From an uncultured Clostridia bacterium (GTDB lineage Bacteria > Bacillota > Clostridia > TANB77 > CAG-508), in contig CAKPLZ010000001.1 in NCBI GenBank assembly GCA_934167835.1, forward strand, positions 138,005-202,004: DNA of 64,000 bases, written 5' to 3'. Below are positions 32,901 through 44,858 of the stretch, in pieces (the stretch's first letter is position 1; the number at the start of each line of letters is the position of its first letter). The translations under genes and the position numbers were made by a program. Under the pieces are notes generated by a model that was not told the DNA's origin, did no database searches, and was given only the letters and a program-made list of their open reading frames with translations.

Positions 32901-35084
32901 TTAAATTTTCTTGATTTTTGATACTATAATTGTCATATCGTCTTTTGCAATTCCATAACCATTATCTATTGCTTCTTGCATAATTATATCTGCTATTTTT
33001 TGAACATCTTCTGTTTCAATGTTTTCTAATATTTCCTTTAGCCATAATTCCTTATTTTTATATTCTGTATTTGATTCAATTATACCGTCACTGCACATTA
33101 CTATTATATCGTTATCTTGTAAGTCTTTATCATATACTACAAGGTCTAACTTGTCAAACACTCCTGCTGGGAATGATATTGCTTTTACAACCTCAACTCT
33201 TTTCCCTGTTTTTATGAATGTTGGGCATGCACCGTTTTTTACAAATTCTATGTTTCCATTGCTTAAATTAAATATTGATATATCTATTGTAGCATAAGTT
33301 TCGTCATTTGAATTTAAATTCACTGCTGAATTTATTAACCCTATTGATACATCATTATCAAATCCAGTTGTAAGAAGCCTTTTTAGCATTTGAATTACTG
33401 TGCTACTACTTTTTTGTGCTTCTGGTCCAGACCCCATTCCATCACTAATAGCTATCATATATTTCCCATCATGCAATTTTGTTCTTATATTACTGTCTCC
33501 TGATATTTCACTTTTATTCTTTGTTGCAGTTGCAGCTCCAATTGATAACTTAAATTGGGGTTCTTCTTTTTTTACTTTTTCCTCTGTTTTTAAGTCATCT
33601 GCTAATGTAGAAATCACTTTTGAAACTCCACCTAATTGTGTTGCAAGAACCTTTTTATTATTTGCCTCTTTGTGTTTCCATAAAGTGTTTAATTTATTTA
33701 TTCTATATGTACTATTTATTATTTTTATAATTGGCTCAAGCATTTCAAAAATGTTATCTTTTACCATTTTATAATCATTTACATTTTCCAAAATTCGAAT
33801 TAATTCATCTTGGTTGATTTCATTTTTTTCCTCTAATATATCATAGCATCTATTCAATATTTCTTCATCATTTAATAAAATATCCTCATATAAAGGATTA
33901 TCTTGTATGTCGTCTAAATTGTTCATTACTTCATCTTTAAAAGTTTTTTTGCTTTCATCCTCAATTGATTCATCTAATGTATCTTTAGCTGATTCATTAT
34001 AACTTCTTGCCATTTGTAATATTGTTTCTGATACGCTATTTAGCTTGCTTGCCGTTTTTTTCTTTTCCTCAATTACTCCTGCTGTTGTTGGTAAGCATTT
34101 TGTTGTATTTATAATCTCAGTAATATCAATATTTACTTCTTTTGGTATTACAAGTAAGCCTAGTGATGCGATTAGTATTTCTCTTATTGTAATAATAGGA
34201 ACTGTGTTTCCATTGGTAACATACGTAAGAATAGCATTTCCTACACAAAATCCAATAATTACTCCAATTTTTCCAAGTTTATTTAATATACCCGCAATCA
34301 TTCCTGATATTGCATAAGATGCTACTAATATTGGGCTTGTAGAATTTATAATTCCAAGTACCATTCCTATAGTAATTCCGGCCGTACCTCCAACTAACAT
34401 TCCGTTTTTCCATCCTAAGAATAATACTAACATAACGCTAAATATATTTGTAATTGATAATCCAAAGATGTGTAATTTACTAAATGCGCATAAAGCTATT
34501 GAGATTATTAGGCTTGCTCCCATAACTTCTTCTATTGCAAAAGCTTTTTTATTTCCATATTCAGTGATTACTATTATTGAATTTGCAAATATTTTATAAA
34601 AAATGTATGTAATTATTCCCATTGCAATGCTTGATATTAAATCATATACTAAAAAAACTCCAAAGAACATTTTACTTGCTTGAACAGCAAATGCTGATAT
34701 TGCTACATATATTCCAAGTTTTTGTTTTTCATTTTTATCTGGTTCTTGAATTTTAGGTCTAAAAATCAAAATCATTACAATAAATAGCAAAGAACTTAAA
34801 AGAAATGTTAAAACTCCACTAATTCCAAAACCAATTGCTGTTCCTATTAATACTGCTACGCCTAATATTCCTACCGGAATTTTATTGCTACATGCTGCAG
34901 CAAATATTGCTAGTCCAAATGGTGCAATTTCCTTATTAAAGCCTACCATTGATACTAAAAAAGCCACACAATATAAAACAATATCATTAATTTTCAAAAG
35001 ACTTTTTATATCAATTTTTCTCTTTACTTTTTCTTCCTGTTCAAAAGTTTTATTATTTATATTTTGGAACATTTGAGTTTTCAT
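32901..35084 (-). CDS. spoIIE: Stage II sporulation protein E (PP2C phosphatase)
   Basis: About 10 TM helices, then a PP2C domain (...ISDGMGSGPEAQ...VMCSDGI...). Confidence 0.85.
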   Translation of the reverse strand: MKTQMFQNINNKTFEQEEKVKRKIDIKSLLKINDIVLYCVAFLVSMVGFNKEIAPFGLAIFAAACSNKIPVGILGVAVLIGTAIGFGISGVLTFLLSSLLFIVMILIFRPKIQEPDKNEKQKLGIYVAISAFAVQASKMFFGVFLVYDLISSIAMGIITYIFYKIFANSIIVITEYGNKKAFAIEEVMGASLIISIALCAFSKLHIFGLSITNIFSVMLVLFLGWKNGMLVGGTAGITIGMVLGIINSTSPILVASYAISGMIAGILNKLGKIGVIIGFCVGNAILTYVTNGNTVPIITIREILIASLGLLVIPKEVNIDITEIINTTKCLPTTAGVIEEKKKTASKLNSVSETILQMARSYNESAKDTLDESIEDESKKTFKDEVMNNLDDIQDNPLYEDILLNDEEILNRCYDILEEKNEINQDELIRILENVNDYKMVKDNIFEMLEPIIKIINSTYRINKLNTLWKHKEANNKKVLATQLGGVSKVISTLADDLKTEEKVKKEEPQFKLSIGAATATKNKSEISGDSNIRTKLHDGKYMIAISDGMGSGPEAQKSSSTVIQMLKRLLTTGFDNDVSIGLINSAVNLNSNDETYATIDISIFNLSNGNIEFVKNGACPTFIKTGKRVEVVKAISFPAGVFDKLDLVVYDKDLQDNDIIVMCSDGIIESNTEYKNKELWLKEILENIETEDVQKIADIIMQEAIDNGYGIAKDDMTIIVSKIKKI

Positions 35085-35211
35085 CCTTTCTAGTTTTTGT
35101 TTTATTATACTACTTTTATTTTGATTATTTTGTCATAATTAGTAAGCTAGTCCAAAAAGTTTTTTACATTGTTCAACAAAATGGGTGCATTCATACACCC
35201 ATTTTCTTTAG

Positions 35212-37217
35212 TTATACATTATTTTCTGTAAAGTATTCATTTATTCTTATTATCAACTCTGTTTTTGCTTCTTCCATAGTTAGTCCTTCAATTTGAGCTC
35301 CTGCAAGTGTTATATGGCCTCCTCCTCCGTAATTTTTCAAGTATCACTTGCACATTTATATCTCCGATTGAACGGCCACTTATGCATATTTTATCTCCAA
35401 GATGTCCTAAAACAAATGATGCTGTAATATTGCTTATTGTAAGTAATTCGTCTGCTGCTTTTGCACAAATTAAATTTGCGTTTTTATCTTTTTCCTCATA
35501 AACAGATATTGCAATTGTGTCATTTACTATTTCTGCATTTTTTACGATTTCTGCAATTACATTATAGCTTTCCAAATCACTTTGGAACCATTTTTTCACT
35601 TTAATTATGTCTATTCCATATTTTCTTAAATATGCTGCTGCTTCAAATGTTCTAACTCCTGTTTTAAATGTAAAGTTTTTTGTATCCATCATTATTCCTG
35701 CATATAAGCTTTCTGCTTCAATTTGTTCCAAAACTACTGGTTTTGTTGCATATTCTACAACCTCTGTTACAAGTTCTGCTGCTGAAGATGCATAAGCTTC
35801 ATGGAATGTCAAAATTGCATTTTCTATAAAGTCTTCTGATTTTCTATGGTGATCTATTATAACAATTTTCTCTGTTTTTTCAAGTAATTCTGGTACTTCT
35901 ACATAGCTTCTTTTATGTGTATCTACAACAACTAACAATGTGTTTGGTGATATAATATTTAAAGCCTGTGCTTTATCTATCATTACATTTCCATACCCTT
36001 GTTCTTTTAGTGCTTTTATTAGATTTTCTAATGATAGTCCATAAGTATCATTTACAATATATGCATCTTTTTGCAATGTTTTTGCAAGTCTATATATTCC
36101 AAGGCTTGAGCCCATAGAATCTATATCTCCATTTACATGCCCCATCACCATTACATTTTCTGCTTTTGCAATTAATTCTTCTAATGCATGTGATATAACT
36201 CTGGCTTTGACTTTCGTTCTTTTTTCCACTTCTTGAGCTTTTCCTCCGAAGAAAGTATATTTTCCGTTCTTTTCTTATTACGGCTTGGTCTCCACCTCTA
36301 CCTAAAGCTATATCCATTGCAACTGTAGCTGATTCATATTTTTCATAATTTGTATTTCCTTCGTTAGATATCGCAATACTTAAAGTAATTGGCATTCCCT
36401 CTTCTGTTTCAATTTCCTTAATTTCATCCAAAATTGTAAATTTGCTATTTTCAAGTTCTTCAAGATATTGTTGTTCAAAAACTAAAACATAAGTGTCTCT
36501 ATCCTTTTTTATCATTAATCCGCCAGTTAAATTTGCCCATTCATAAAGTTTTTTCTCAATTGTAGCAATTAATTGAGGTTTATTATCTTCTGGAATTCTT
36601 TGAATTATTTCCTCATAATTATCAAGCATAATAATTCCCATACATGTTTTGGCATTATTTAATTTTTTAGCTAAATTAATTTCTCTTGTTATATCAATAA
36701 AATACAAAGTTATCATATATTTTACTTCTTTTTTTCTGTCTCTTTTTCTTGGCTTAGTATATTCCCCAATAACATGATATATTTTATTATTAATGCTTAC
36801 TTGCTTATCTATAGTAAAATTATTTTTATCAATTTCCTGTTTAATCTCTTTTGCTAAATCATCTATATACGCATTTATACCAATATTTGCAAATTCTTTA
36901 TTAAAGCTAGAACTTCTCCATATAACATTTCCACTGGTTTCTAAAATAATAAGTGGAAAAGGTGAATTTATCAATGTATTTTTAGCTGCTGAATCAACAG
37001 AATAAGTAAGTTCATTAATATAACTTGAAAGCTCACTTTTTCTCTTATTATAGACCCAAATTGTATATAGAATTATTCCAACATATAAAATAATTGATGG
37101 AATAATAAATAATACGTTATTTATACAAAGCACTAGTAAGACTAATGCAATAATTATTAAATAAATCTTAGTCTTGGACTCAATCTTTTCTAATGCCTTA
37201 ATATTATAATTCGACAT
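35212..37217 (-). CDS. gdpP: Cyclic-di-AMP phosphodiesterase GdpP (2TM, degenerate GGDEF, DHH, DHHA1); two apparent +1 frameshifts
   Basis: Extra bases at ~36248 (...KIYFL/GGKAQEVEKRTKVKARV...) and ~35339 (...EKL/GGGGHITLAGAQIEGL...). Length minus 2 gives 668 codons. Confidence 0.8.
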
Positions 37218-37289
37218 AAAAAACTCCCCTTCTTATCACCTATCTATTTTACTGCAAAACCGCGATTTTGTCAACTTTTTTAGCTAGTC

Positions 37290-37322
37290 TAGCAAAAAAC
37301 AAAAGCCCTATTTTAGGCTTTT
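37290..37322 (-). terminator. Terminator downstream of traX-like gene
   Basis: aaaagcc ctatttta ggctttt, with a T-run on the minus strand. Confidence 0.55.
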
Positions 37323-37331
37323 GCTCTATTA

Positions 37332-38025
37332 TTATATTACAAAAATTAAATATAATGCTAAAAGATGTACTGGATAAAACCAATATAGTAAATGTTTATC
37401 ATCATGTCCTTTTTTATTGTTATAACAACAAATTGGTACTATAGCCAAAATTGTAAATACCATAAATGGTGTAAAAAATACTATAGCATTTCTAATTACA
37501 CCTATACCGTACCTATAATATTTTAATACTCTACACAAATAATATACAATTGTACTTCCGGTAAAAATAGAAGCTTTTGCAATTTTATTGTTTTCTGTAA
37601 CATGGAAAATAAATGTTATAAGAACTCCAAAGAAGCCATAATCACACCTTAAAATCTCTGCAATAGCACCTATTGCTAGTAATGAAAGGTTTCCAATTAT
37701 ACGTCCTTTTTTCTCATAAATAATAATAGTTACAAGCCCAAAAAGCAAAGTAAAAATAACATTCAACCCCATGGTATTACTATAAATTGAAGAAAAAAGC
37801 AAAAATGGAATCTCAGAAATTATTGCAAAAACAAGTAATCTCAAACAATATTTTTTCAAATTCTTTGTGTACCTATACCCTTGGGATATCTGAAAAGCAA
37901 AAATAGGAAAAGCCAGTCTTCCGAATTAGATTCAAAGCCGATGTTTTCCCATCATAAATTAAATACCCCGCATGGTCCATAAGCATTGACACACATGCTA
38001 TAATCTTTAGCATAAAAGCACTCAA
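37332..38025 (-). CDS. TraX-family membrane protein; one apparent +1 frameshift
   Basis: ...LKIIACVSMLMDHAGYLIYDGKTSALNLI/GRLAFPIFAFQISQGYRYTKNLKKYCLRLLVFAIISEIPF...; extra base at ~37923. Confidence 0.7.
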
Positions 38026-38091
38026 ACTTCATTCTCCTAACTATAAATTTATACTAATATTTATAGCATAGCTTGATGTAAAAGTCAATCT

Positions 38092-38935
38092 TCAAGTTTG
38101 TGGTATTTTTTCTCTATTGTTTACTATTTCTACTCTGTTTTCAAAAATCATTTTCAAAGTATTTATAAAATCATCTTCCTTTTGTTCTGAATGAATAAAT
38201 AGTTTTTCTGGGAGAAGAGTTAATATTGCATTTAGATTTAGGTCATTTGAGGAAAATGTTATGTCTGATAGATATTGTTTTGGAATTGCATTTTTGTTTA
38301 TCTCTATAGGGTTCATGTTTTCATCTAGTAGTACTGATTTTTCATTCTTGTACACTAAATGCAGTTCTTTTGTGTTTGATGGTGTGTTTTGAATGTAGTC
38401 TTTAAGTAGCATTATAAATTCATTATATTCTCGCTCAATAATAAATTTATTTACACACATATCTACAAGGCTATCTAATTCCTTTAAATATTCTTTAAGT
38501 TTAAAATTAACAAATCCATCCAAAATAACATATTTATTTTCTTGAAAAAACTTAAAAAATTCATTTGTAATAATATTTACCATAATTATAGAACTTGAAA
38601 AATCAATGTTTGTTAAACATATATTATATATTTTTCGTTTTTCTTCGGTTGTGAAATAAAAATAATTAGAATTTATAAATTTTTGTATTATTACTGGCTC
38701 ATAAAAATCTGTTACAATATATGCAAGCAAAAGAGAAATTTTTTTTAAGAACGCTTCTTGTTTTTTGCCGAGTATAGTGAATTATAATATTCGTATATAT
38801 TTTAAAATCTCTACAGGATACATAAACATCACCTATTCCAAAATATTCAAGCTCATTTAGTAGATTATTAATTATATTTTTATTATTAGTCTTTATACTG
38901 ATAGTTTTTCTCAAAAAAAATCCCTCCGAATTCAT
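38092..38935 (-). CDS. ytxC: Sporulation protein YtxC-like; one apparent +1 frameshift
   Basis: The two track ORFs join across the extra base at ~38770, giving 281 codons. Confidence 0.55.
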
Positions 38936-38937
38936 AA

Positions 38938-38998
38938 ATATATTATCTACTAAAATCTCTTTAGATATTCATATATTATGAATTCAGAGGGAATCTGT
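38938..38998 (-). terminator. Long imperfect inverted repeat, probable terminator of the GH57 gene
   Basis: ccctccgaattcataaatatatt ... atattatgaattcagaggg, followed by a T-run on the minus strand. Confidence 0.5.
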
Positions 38999-39000
38999 TA

Positions 39001-40593
39001 CTATTTATATATCATGTAATCAATCTCTGGGAAAATACAATCTTTCTTTTGTATCTGTTTTAAATACTCGCTATCAATCTTGTCCTCTTTTATTTGATAG
39101 TAAAGAGTTGTAAACCTTCCTATATGATCTTTTATTCTTTTCTTTGCATAATCAACCATTGTTCCATTAGTTATAATAAATAGCCAATCACTACTTTGTG
39201 CCAATAACAATTCACGTGCACATTGATTTAGTGCTCTTCTTCTTAATGTTTTTTTCTCATTTGGATATAAGTTTGCAAGTTCAACCATTCTATCACCTGC
39301 AACATGTAAATGTCTATGAGCATAATCATTTGTACTATTAAGCCATACTTCACTATATCCATTTGCTCCCCAACTTGAAATACATGGTGATGCTTCCTGC
39401 ATTTCTGGATATTTATCTATATATTCACCTGGAGTAATTAACTTAAAATTACCTTCATCATAGTAAATTTTTTTAAACAATATATATAACCAATATGGTC
39501 CTTCATACCACCAATGTCCATAAAGTTCTGCATCATAAGGGCATACTATAAGAGGTTTTGTAGGTGCCATTACTTCTGATAATTCATTTATTTGTTTAAC
39601 TCTTGAATCGAAAAAATGACCTGCTTGCTTTTCTGCTGAATCTTGTGCCCATTGAACATTGTAGTAATCCTTAAAATCACCTTTTGAAGTTATCCTATAA
39701 TACTTAATACCAGTATTTACTCTAGCACCGTTTTTTGCAATATATGGCTTAATATAATCATAGTCAGCATCATATCCAATATCTCTATAAAATTCACGAT
39801 AATTGAAATCGCCAGGATATCCACATACTGAACTCCATACTTGCCTTGAGCTTTCTATATCCCTACCAAAAGCCACAATTCCGCCAGGTGATACTATAGG
39901 CGCAAACGTACCAAATACTGGTGTTGGATCTGCATATAATATTCCATGAGACTCAGTAATTATGTACTCAATTCCAAACTCTTTTAAATATTTATCTGCC
40001 TCTGGTACATATCCACATTCAGGAAGCCAGATTCCTCTTGGAGGTTTTCCAAAATACTTTTTATATGTTTCAACTCCTACTCCAATTTGAGCTTTTACAG
40101 TTTTTTCATTTACATACAAAATTGGAAAATAGCCATGTGTTGCTCCACAAGTAATTATTTCCAATACTCCAATATCTTGAAAATGCTTAAATGCATTTAT
40201 TAAATTGCACTTAAATACATCTCTAAAAATGTGTAAATCATTTGTATATCTTTCTAAATAATATTTTGAAAGTTCATTTAGCCTTGAATCATACGCTGTT
40301 CTTTTTACCTCTTTTTCACAAAGTTCTATGTGTTTTTTCAAATACTTAATATACCTTCTTTGTAATAGCTTATTATCAAACATATTTAATAAAGGGGGAG
40401 TAAGCGACATAGTAATTCTAAAATCTACTTTTTCCTCCTCTAATTTTTTGAAATTAAGAAGTAATGGTATATATGTTTCAGATGTTGCTTCATATAACCA
40501 TTCTTCCTCTAAATAATCTTCACTTTCAGGGTGATGTATAAAAGGTAAATGTGCATGCAAGATAAAGCTTACATATCCCTTAGTTTTATCCAT
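39001..40593 (-). CDS. Glycoside hydrolase family 57 (1,4-alpha-glucan branching enzyme type)
   Basis: MDKTKGYVSFILHAHLPFIHHPE... is a typical GH57 N-terminus; 530 aa. Confidence 0.8.
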   Translation of the reverse strand: MDKTKGYVSFILHAHLPFIHHPESEDYLEEEWLYEATSETYIPLLLNFKKLEEEKVDFRITMSLTPPLLNMFDNKLLQRRYIKYLKKHIELCEKEVKRTAYDSRLNELSKYYLERYTNDLHIFRDVFKCNLINAFKHFQDIGVLEIITCGATHGYFPILYVNEKTVKAQIGVGVETYKKYFGKPPRGIWLPECGYVPEADKYLKEFGIEYIITESHGILYADPTPVFGTFAPIVSPGGIVAFGRDIESSRQVWSSVCGYPGDFNYREFYRDIGYDADYDYIKPYIAKNGARVNTGIKYYRITSKGDFKDYYNVQWAQDSAEKQAGHFFDSRVKQINELSEVMAPTKPLIVCPYDAELYGHWWYEGPYWLYILFKKIYYDEGNFKLITPGEYIDKYPEMQEASPCISSWGANGYSEVWLNSTNDYAHRHLHVAGDRMVELANLYPNEKKTLRRRALNQCARELLLAQSSDWLFIITNGTMVDYAKKRIKDHIGRFTTLYYQIKEDKIDSEYLKQIQKKDCIFPEIDYMIYK

Positions 40594-40607
40594 AGTTAGT
40601 CTCCTTT

Positions 40608-41456
40608 TTACATTTTTGAACTTGGATTTTTCTTTTCTAAATCCTGCAATTCATCATTTTTATATATTTTTTTATAGATATCATAGATATTATAAATTCT
40701 ACCAATGTATTTCATAAATTGAAATTGTGACACTTCTTTTGAATGTTTTTCATTAGTTTTTACATTTCTGAAAAATAATACCTTTTGATTTTTTTCGAAT
40801 AATATGTGATTATTTGGTGCTTCAATTGTGTTAGAAGAAGCAACATATAAATAATCATTTGGTATTATATTGTTTTTTTGCTTTGCTCTTCTTCCTAATT
40901 CTATTTCATAATCACACTTTGCATCATTTACTTTGAAATACCAACTGTTCGCAAAGTCATTTACCTCTATTTCGAAATAATAATTCATTGTTTTATTATG
41001 AACTATTAAAACAGGAACTGTCTCCTCAAAAAAGTTTTTTCCATATTCCTCTTCATATTTTTTTCTATCTTCATCTGATATATCCCAATAAACAAATAAT
41101 GTATTTGGTGTTTGTGCCAGTATTTTTACAATTGTTTGATTATATCTATATGGTAAATCATAGTATTCCATTATTTCTGGTTTTTTAACTGGTGCTTTTC
41201 TTTTTGTTGTTTTTGTAACTGGTACTTTCTTTTTAGTGTTTTGAGTTGTTCTTTTTTTCGCTACACTTTTTGCTCTTCCAGTGTTTCTTGGTTTTGCTGT
41301 ATTTTTTGCTTTTTCAGTAGTCTTCTTTTTTGTTACACTCTTTGTTTTATCTGCTGTTTTTGCTACTTTTCCAGAACCATTCTTCACTTCTTTTTTTGCA
41401 CCTGTAGCTTTTGAAGGAGCACTTGTCTTCTTCGTCTCCTTAGTACTTTTTCGCAT
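40608..41456 (-). CDS. DUF4912-domain protein (a frequent GH57 partner)
   Basis: Basic K/T-rich N-terminus, then the DUF4912-like core YYDLPYRYNQTIVKILAQTPNTLFVYWDISDE. Confidence 0.6.
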   Translation of the reverse strand: MRKSTKETKKTSAPSKATGAKKEVKNGSGKVAKTADKTKSVTKKKTTEKAKNTAKPRNTGRAKSVAKKRTTQNTKKKVPVTKTTKRKAPVKKPEIMEYYDLPYRYNQTIVKILAQTPNTLFVYWDISDEDRKKYEEEYGKNFFEETVPVLIVHNKTMNYYFEIEVNDFANSWYFKVNDAKCDYEIELGRRAKQKNNIIPNDYLYVASSNTIEAPNNHILFEKNQKVLFFRNVKTNEKHSKEVSQFQFMKYIGRIYNIYDIYKKIYKNDELQDLEKKNPSSKM

Positions 41457-41555
41457 TAAAAATCCTCCTTAGTAAAAATATTATTCATTACTTCATAATA
41501 TATATCAAAACACAAATAAATTCAAGAGGAAATTGGAAAAATTTTAAAATTTATT

Positions 41556-42555
41556 TTAATTTTGTTGTATTGCAAAATTAATACCACGAGCCACTACATC
41601 TTTCATATTTTCTATTAAATCATCAATTTCTTTTGGTGTTACTATTAAGTTATATTCTTTTGGTATTAAAGCTTCTCTTATTAGTTCATATTTGTTAGTA
41701 TTTTTAAGTTCATTTAAATAGTCATTTGATTTTGCTTCTTTTTGTAATTTTTCTATAAATAAATCTATACTATCTGAAGCTATTGTTGCTGCTTCTACAA
41801 CCATCGGTACCCCTATTGCAATTACTGGTATTCCAAGGGTTCTTTGGCTTATTTCATTTCTTACATTTCCAACTCCAGCACCTGGAACAATTCCTGTATC
41901 TGCAATTTGAACTGTACTGCTAATTCTTTCTATACTTTTTGAAGATAAACTATCTATTACTATTAATAATTTGGGATTAATATTTTGGGCTATTCCTTTT
42001 ATTATTTCTGCTGTTTCAATTCCAGTTGTTCCAAGTACTCCTGGTGCTATTGCTGTTACTGGTCTTGTGTTTGGGTCTATATACTGAGCTGCATATTTTA
42101 AAAGATGTCTTGTTATATCTATGTCTTTTACGACTTTTGGCCCGAAGGGAATCTGGGGTCACATAAGCATTTCCTAGCCCGACAACTAAGATATCTCCTT
42201 TTTCATCTATATGTTTTTCTATTAGTGGTCTTAATTCTTTTGTTACTGTTTGTGCTCCTTTTTGAATTTCGTCATTATCTGCAATTTTTAAACTTTTAAT
42301 ATCAACTGTTATATATGTTCCAATGGGCTTGCCAAGTGCTTCAGCTCCTTTATCATTTACTATTTTTACTCTAGATATTTTAATCTTTTCATCAATTGTT
42401 TCTTCTTCTGTTTCAATTCCTTCAATATTATTTTCAATATTGTTGGCTTTTCTGTAGATATCATTTCTTTCTACAGCAAGGTCTGTATTAAAATTAAACA
42501 TACTTTTCATCCTTTCTTTTGTTTTATTTTTTTCTTTTTTTGTTTTTTTATACAA
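41556..42555 (-). CDS. gpr: Germination protease (spore endopeptidase GPR); one apparent +1 frameshift
   Basis: MFNFNTDLAVE...VVGLGNAYVTPDSL/GPKVVKDIDITRHLLKYAAQYIDP...VVEAATIASDS; extra base at ~42144. Confidence 0.8.
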
Positions 42556-42586
42556 AAAAATCCTAGACTATTGTTTAGTCTAGGAC
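42551..42586 (-). terminator. Terminator of the Cys/His-repeat surface protein gene
   Basis: tcctagacta ttgtt tagtctagga, with a T7 run on the minus strand. Confidence 0.7.
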
Positions 42587-42591
42587 AAAAA

Positions 42592-44850
42592 CTAATTATC
42601 TTCTCTGCTTAATTTTATTAATACAGCTGCTCCAAGAATTGCTCCCACAATCATTAATGCGATTTTCATGTTTTCTTCGGTACCTGTTTGTGGAATATTA
42701 TTTCTGCTTGTATTGTTATTTGATTGATTATTGTTAGTATTATTATTTGTATTGTTATTTGAGTTATTGTTTGAGTTGTTATTGTTATTTGGTTTGTCTG
42801 TATTGTTATTATCATTTGGCTTATCTGAATTATTGTTGTCATCTGGTTTGTTTGGTTTATTGTTGTCATCTGGTTTGTTTGGTTTATTGTTGTCATCTGG
42901 CTTAGCTGGTTTATTGTTGTTATCATCCGGTTTTGTGTTATTAGCCTTTTTAAATCCACATTTAGTACAAACATCATTTTCAAAAACATGATTTTCTTCA
43001 GCTGTTTTTGCACCACATGAGCATTCTTGCCAATGCTTATCATTACTATGTTTATACTCTAATTTATGATTTGCCTCATTCTTTTTTGCTCCACATGAAC
43101 ATTCTTCCCAATGCTTATTATTGTTATATTTTGTTTCGAATTTATGTGTTTGTTCATCTTTTTTCATTCCACATAAACATTCTTCCCAATGCTTATCATT
43201 GTTATATTTTGTTTCGAATTTATGTGTTTGTTCGTCTTTTTTCATTCCACATGAACATTCTTGCCAATGTTTGTCATTATTGCTTTTTGTATTAAATGTA
43301 TGTGCTACTTTATCTTTAATAGCTCCACATTTTGTACAACGTTTCCAATGATAATTCTCGTCTTTTCCTTCAATATATGTATGGTTGCAAACTATCTCTG
43401 CATTTTTTTTGCCACATTCACATACACCATTTACATATTTGTGTGCAACTTCTGCAGTTTTTCCGCCACAAATACATTCTTGCCAGTGTTTTGTATCATT
43501 ATATTTATATTCCAATTTATGATTTGACTCATTTTTTTTCATTCCGCATGAGCATTCTTGCCAATGTTTATCGTTGTTGTATTTATACTCAAATTTATGA
43601 TTTTGTTCATCCTTTTTCATTCCACATGAACATTCTTGCCAATGTTTATCATTGTTGTATTTTGTATTGAATGTATGTGCTACTTTATTTATAACATTTC
43701 CACATTTTGTACATTGATTCCAATGATAACCTGCATCATATTTTGCTACATAATTGTGACTACAACTTTGTGATTTAGTGCTTCCACAAACGCATACGCC
43801 ATTTACATAATTATGTGTTTCGTAGTCGTAAGTATCATTACATCTTGTGCATCTTTTCCAATGATAGTTTGAATCGTATCTATATTTACCATTATGTCCC
43901 ATTGCTGGAATCCATACTTCTTTATAAACAACACCACAATCATTACATATTGTTCTTTGATATCCTCCACTAGTACATGTTGCTGTTTCTTCATATCTTC
44001 TGCCATGAATACCATGTTCTTCTTTTTGAGTTTCATATCCACATTTTGAACATTCTTCCCAATGGTATGTTGCATTTGTTCTTTGTACAAATTTATGTGT
44101 ACATGATTCTTTATTTGTCATTCCACAAGCAGTACAAACATTGTTTTTATATGTAGAGTGTTTACATATATATCCACATTCTGTGCATTTACCATTTGAA
44201 TATGTATGTTTTACTTTTCCATCAAATAAAATCTTAGAACATTTATCACAAGTATACCAATGATAGTTTGCATCAGTTTTCAATGTCCATGATGAATGTT
44301 TACAAGTTTTAGAATCATCAATTTCATTCTTAGTCATTCCACAAATTGTACAAATATTATTTTGCATTTTTTTATGTTGACATGTAATTCCACAAACTGA
44401 GCATTTTGCATTTTGGAATGTATGAGCTTCTTTTCCAAAAACTGCCTTATGGCATCCTAAACATTCTTCCCAGTGATCCACATCATCTGTTTTTCTTATC
44501 CAAGAAACATGCTCACAATTTTCAATTAAAGTTTGGCAAAATTTGCATTTTCCATTTTCAAAGCTATGAACGCATTTATGACCACATGTTACACATTCAT
44601 TTTTAGATGTATAAATATGTGGTTGCATTATTGTTTTTTTACAATGTATACATTCTGCCATGTGTCCATTATCTAATCCAACATCTTCCCAGTCAAAAGC
44701 ATAATGTTGACATTCTGTTGCTTTTGTTTGATTGTTAAGAACAATAGAAGTTACTATTGTTGCAAGTAATAAAATTGTAGAAACTACAGAAATAATTACA
44801 AGTTTTTGTTTTCTCATAATATAATATATCCCCCTTTTAGATTTTTTCAA
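42592..44850 (-). CDS. Sortase-anchored (IPQTG) surface protein made of tandem Cys/His-rich ~27-aa modules
   Basis: Signal or TM at the N-terminus. At least 15 units of the form [KY]HW.EC.CG...E..H.[FL]E.KYNND. A KPDDNN / NNNS low-complexity stalk. NIPQTG, then a hydrophobic stretch, then KLSREDN. The DNA carries near-identical 81-bp tandem units. Confidence 0.7.
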   Translation of the reverse strand: MKKSKRGIYYIMRKQKLVIISVVSTILLLATIVTSIVLNNQTKATECQHYAFDWEDVGLDNGHMAECIHCKKTIMQPHIYTSKNECVTCGHKCVHSFENGKCKFCQTLIENCEHVSWIRKTDDVDHWEECLGCHKAVFGKEAHTFQNAKCSVCGITCQHKKMQNNICTICGMTKNEIDDSKTCKHSSWTLKTDANYHWYTCDKCSKILFDGKVKHTYSNGKCTECGYICKHSTYKNNVCTACGMTNKESCTHKFVQRTNATYHWEECSKCGYETQKEEHGIHGRRYEETATCTSGGYQRTICNDCGVVYKEVWIPAMGHNGKYRYDSNYHWKRCTRCNDTYDYETHNYVNGVCVCGSTKSQSCSHNYVAKYDAGYHWNQCTKCGNVINKVAHTFNTKYNNDKHWQECSCGMKKDEQNHKFEYKYNNDKHWQECSCGMKKNESNHKLEYKYNDTKHWQECICGGKTAEVAHKYVNGVCECGKKNAEIVCNHTYIEGKDENYHWKRCTKCGAIKDKVAHTFNTKSNNDKHWQECSCGMKKDEQTHKFETKYNNDKHWEECLCGMKKDEQTHKFETKYNNNKHWEECSCGAKKNEANHKLEYKHSNDKHWQECSCGAKTAEENHVFENDVCTKCGFKKANNTKPDDNNNKPAKPDDNNKPNKPDDNNKPNKPDDNNNSDKPNDNNNTDKPNNNNNSNNNSNNNTNNNTNNNQSNNNTSRNNIPQTGTEENMKIALMIVGAILGAAVLIKLSREDN

Positions 44851-44858
44851 CCTTTTAT

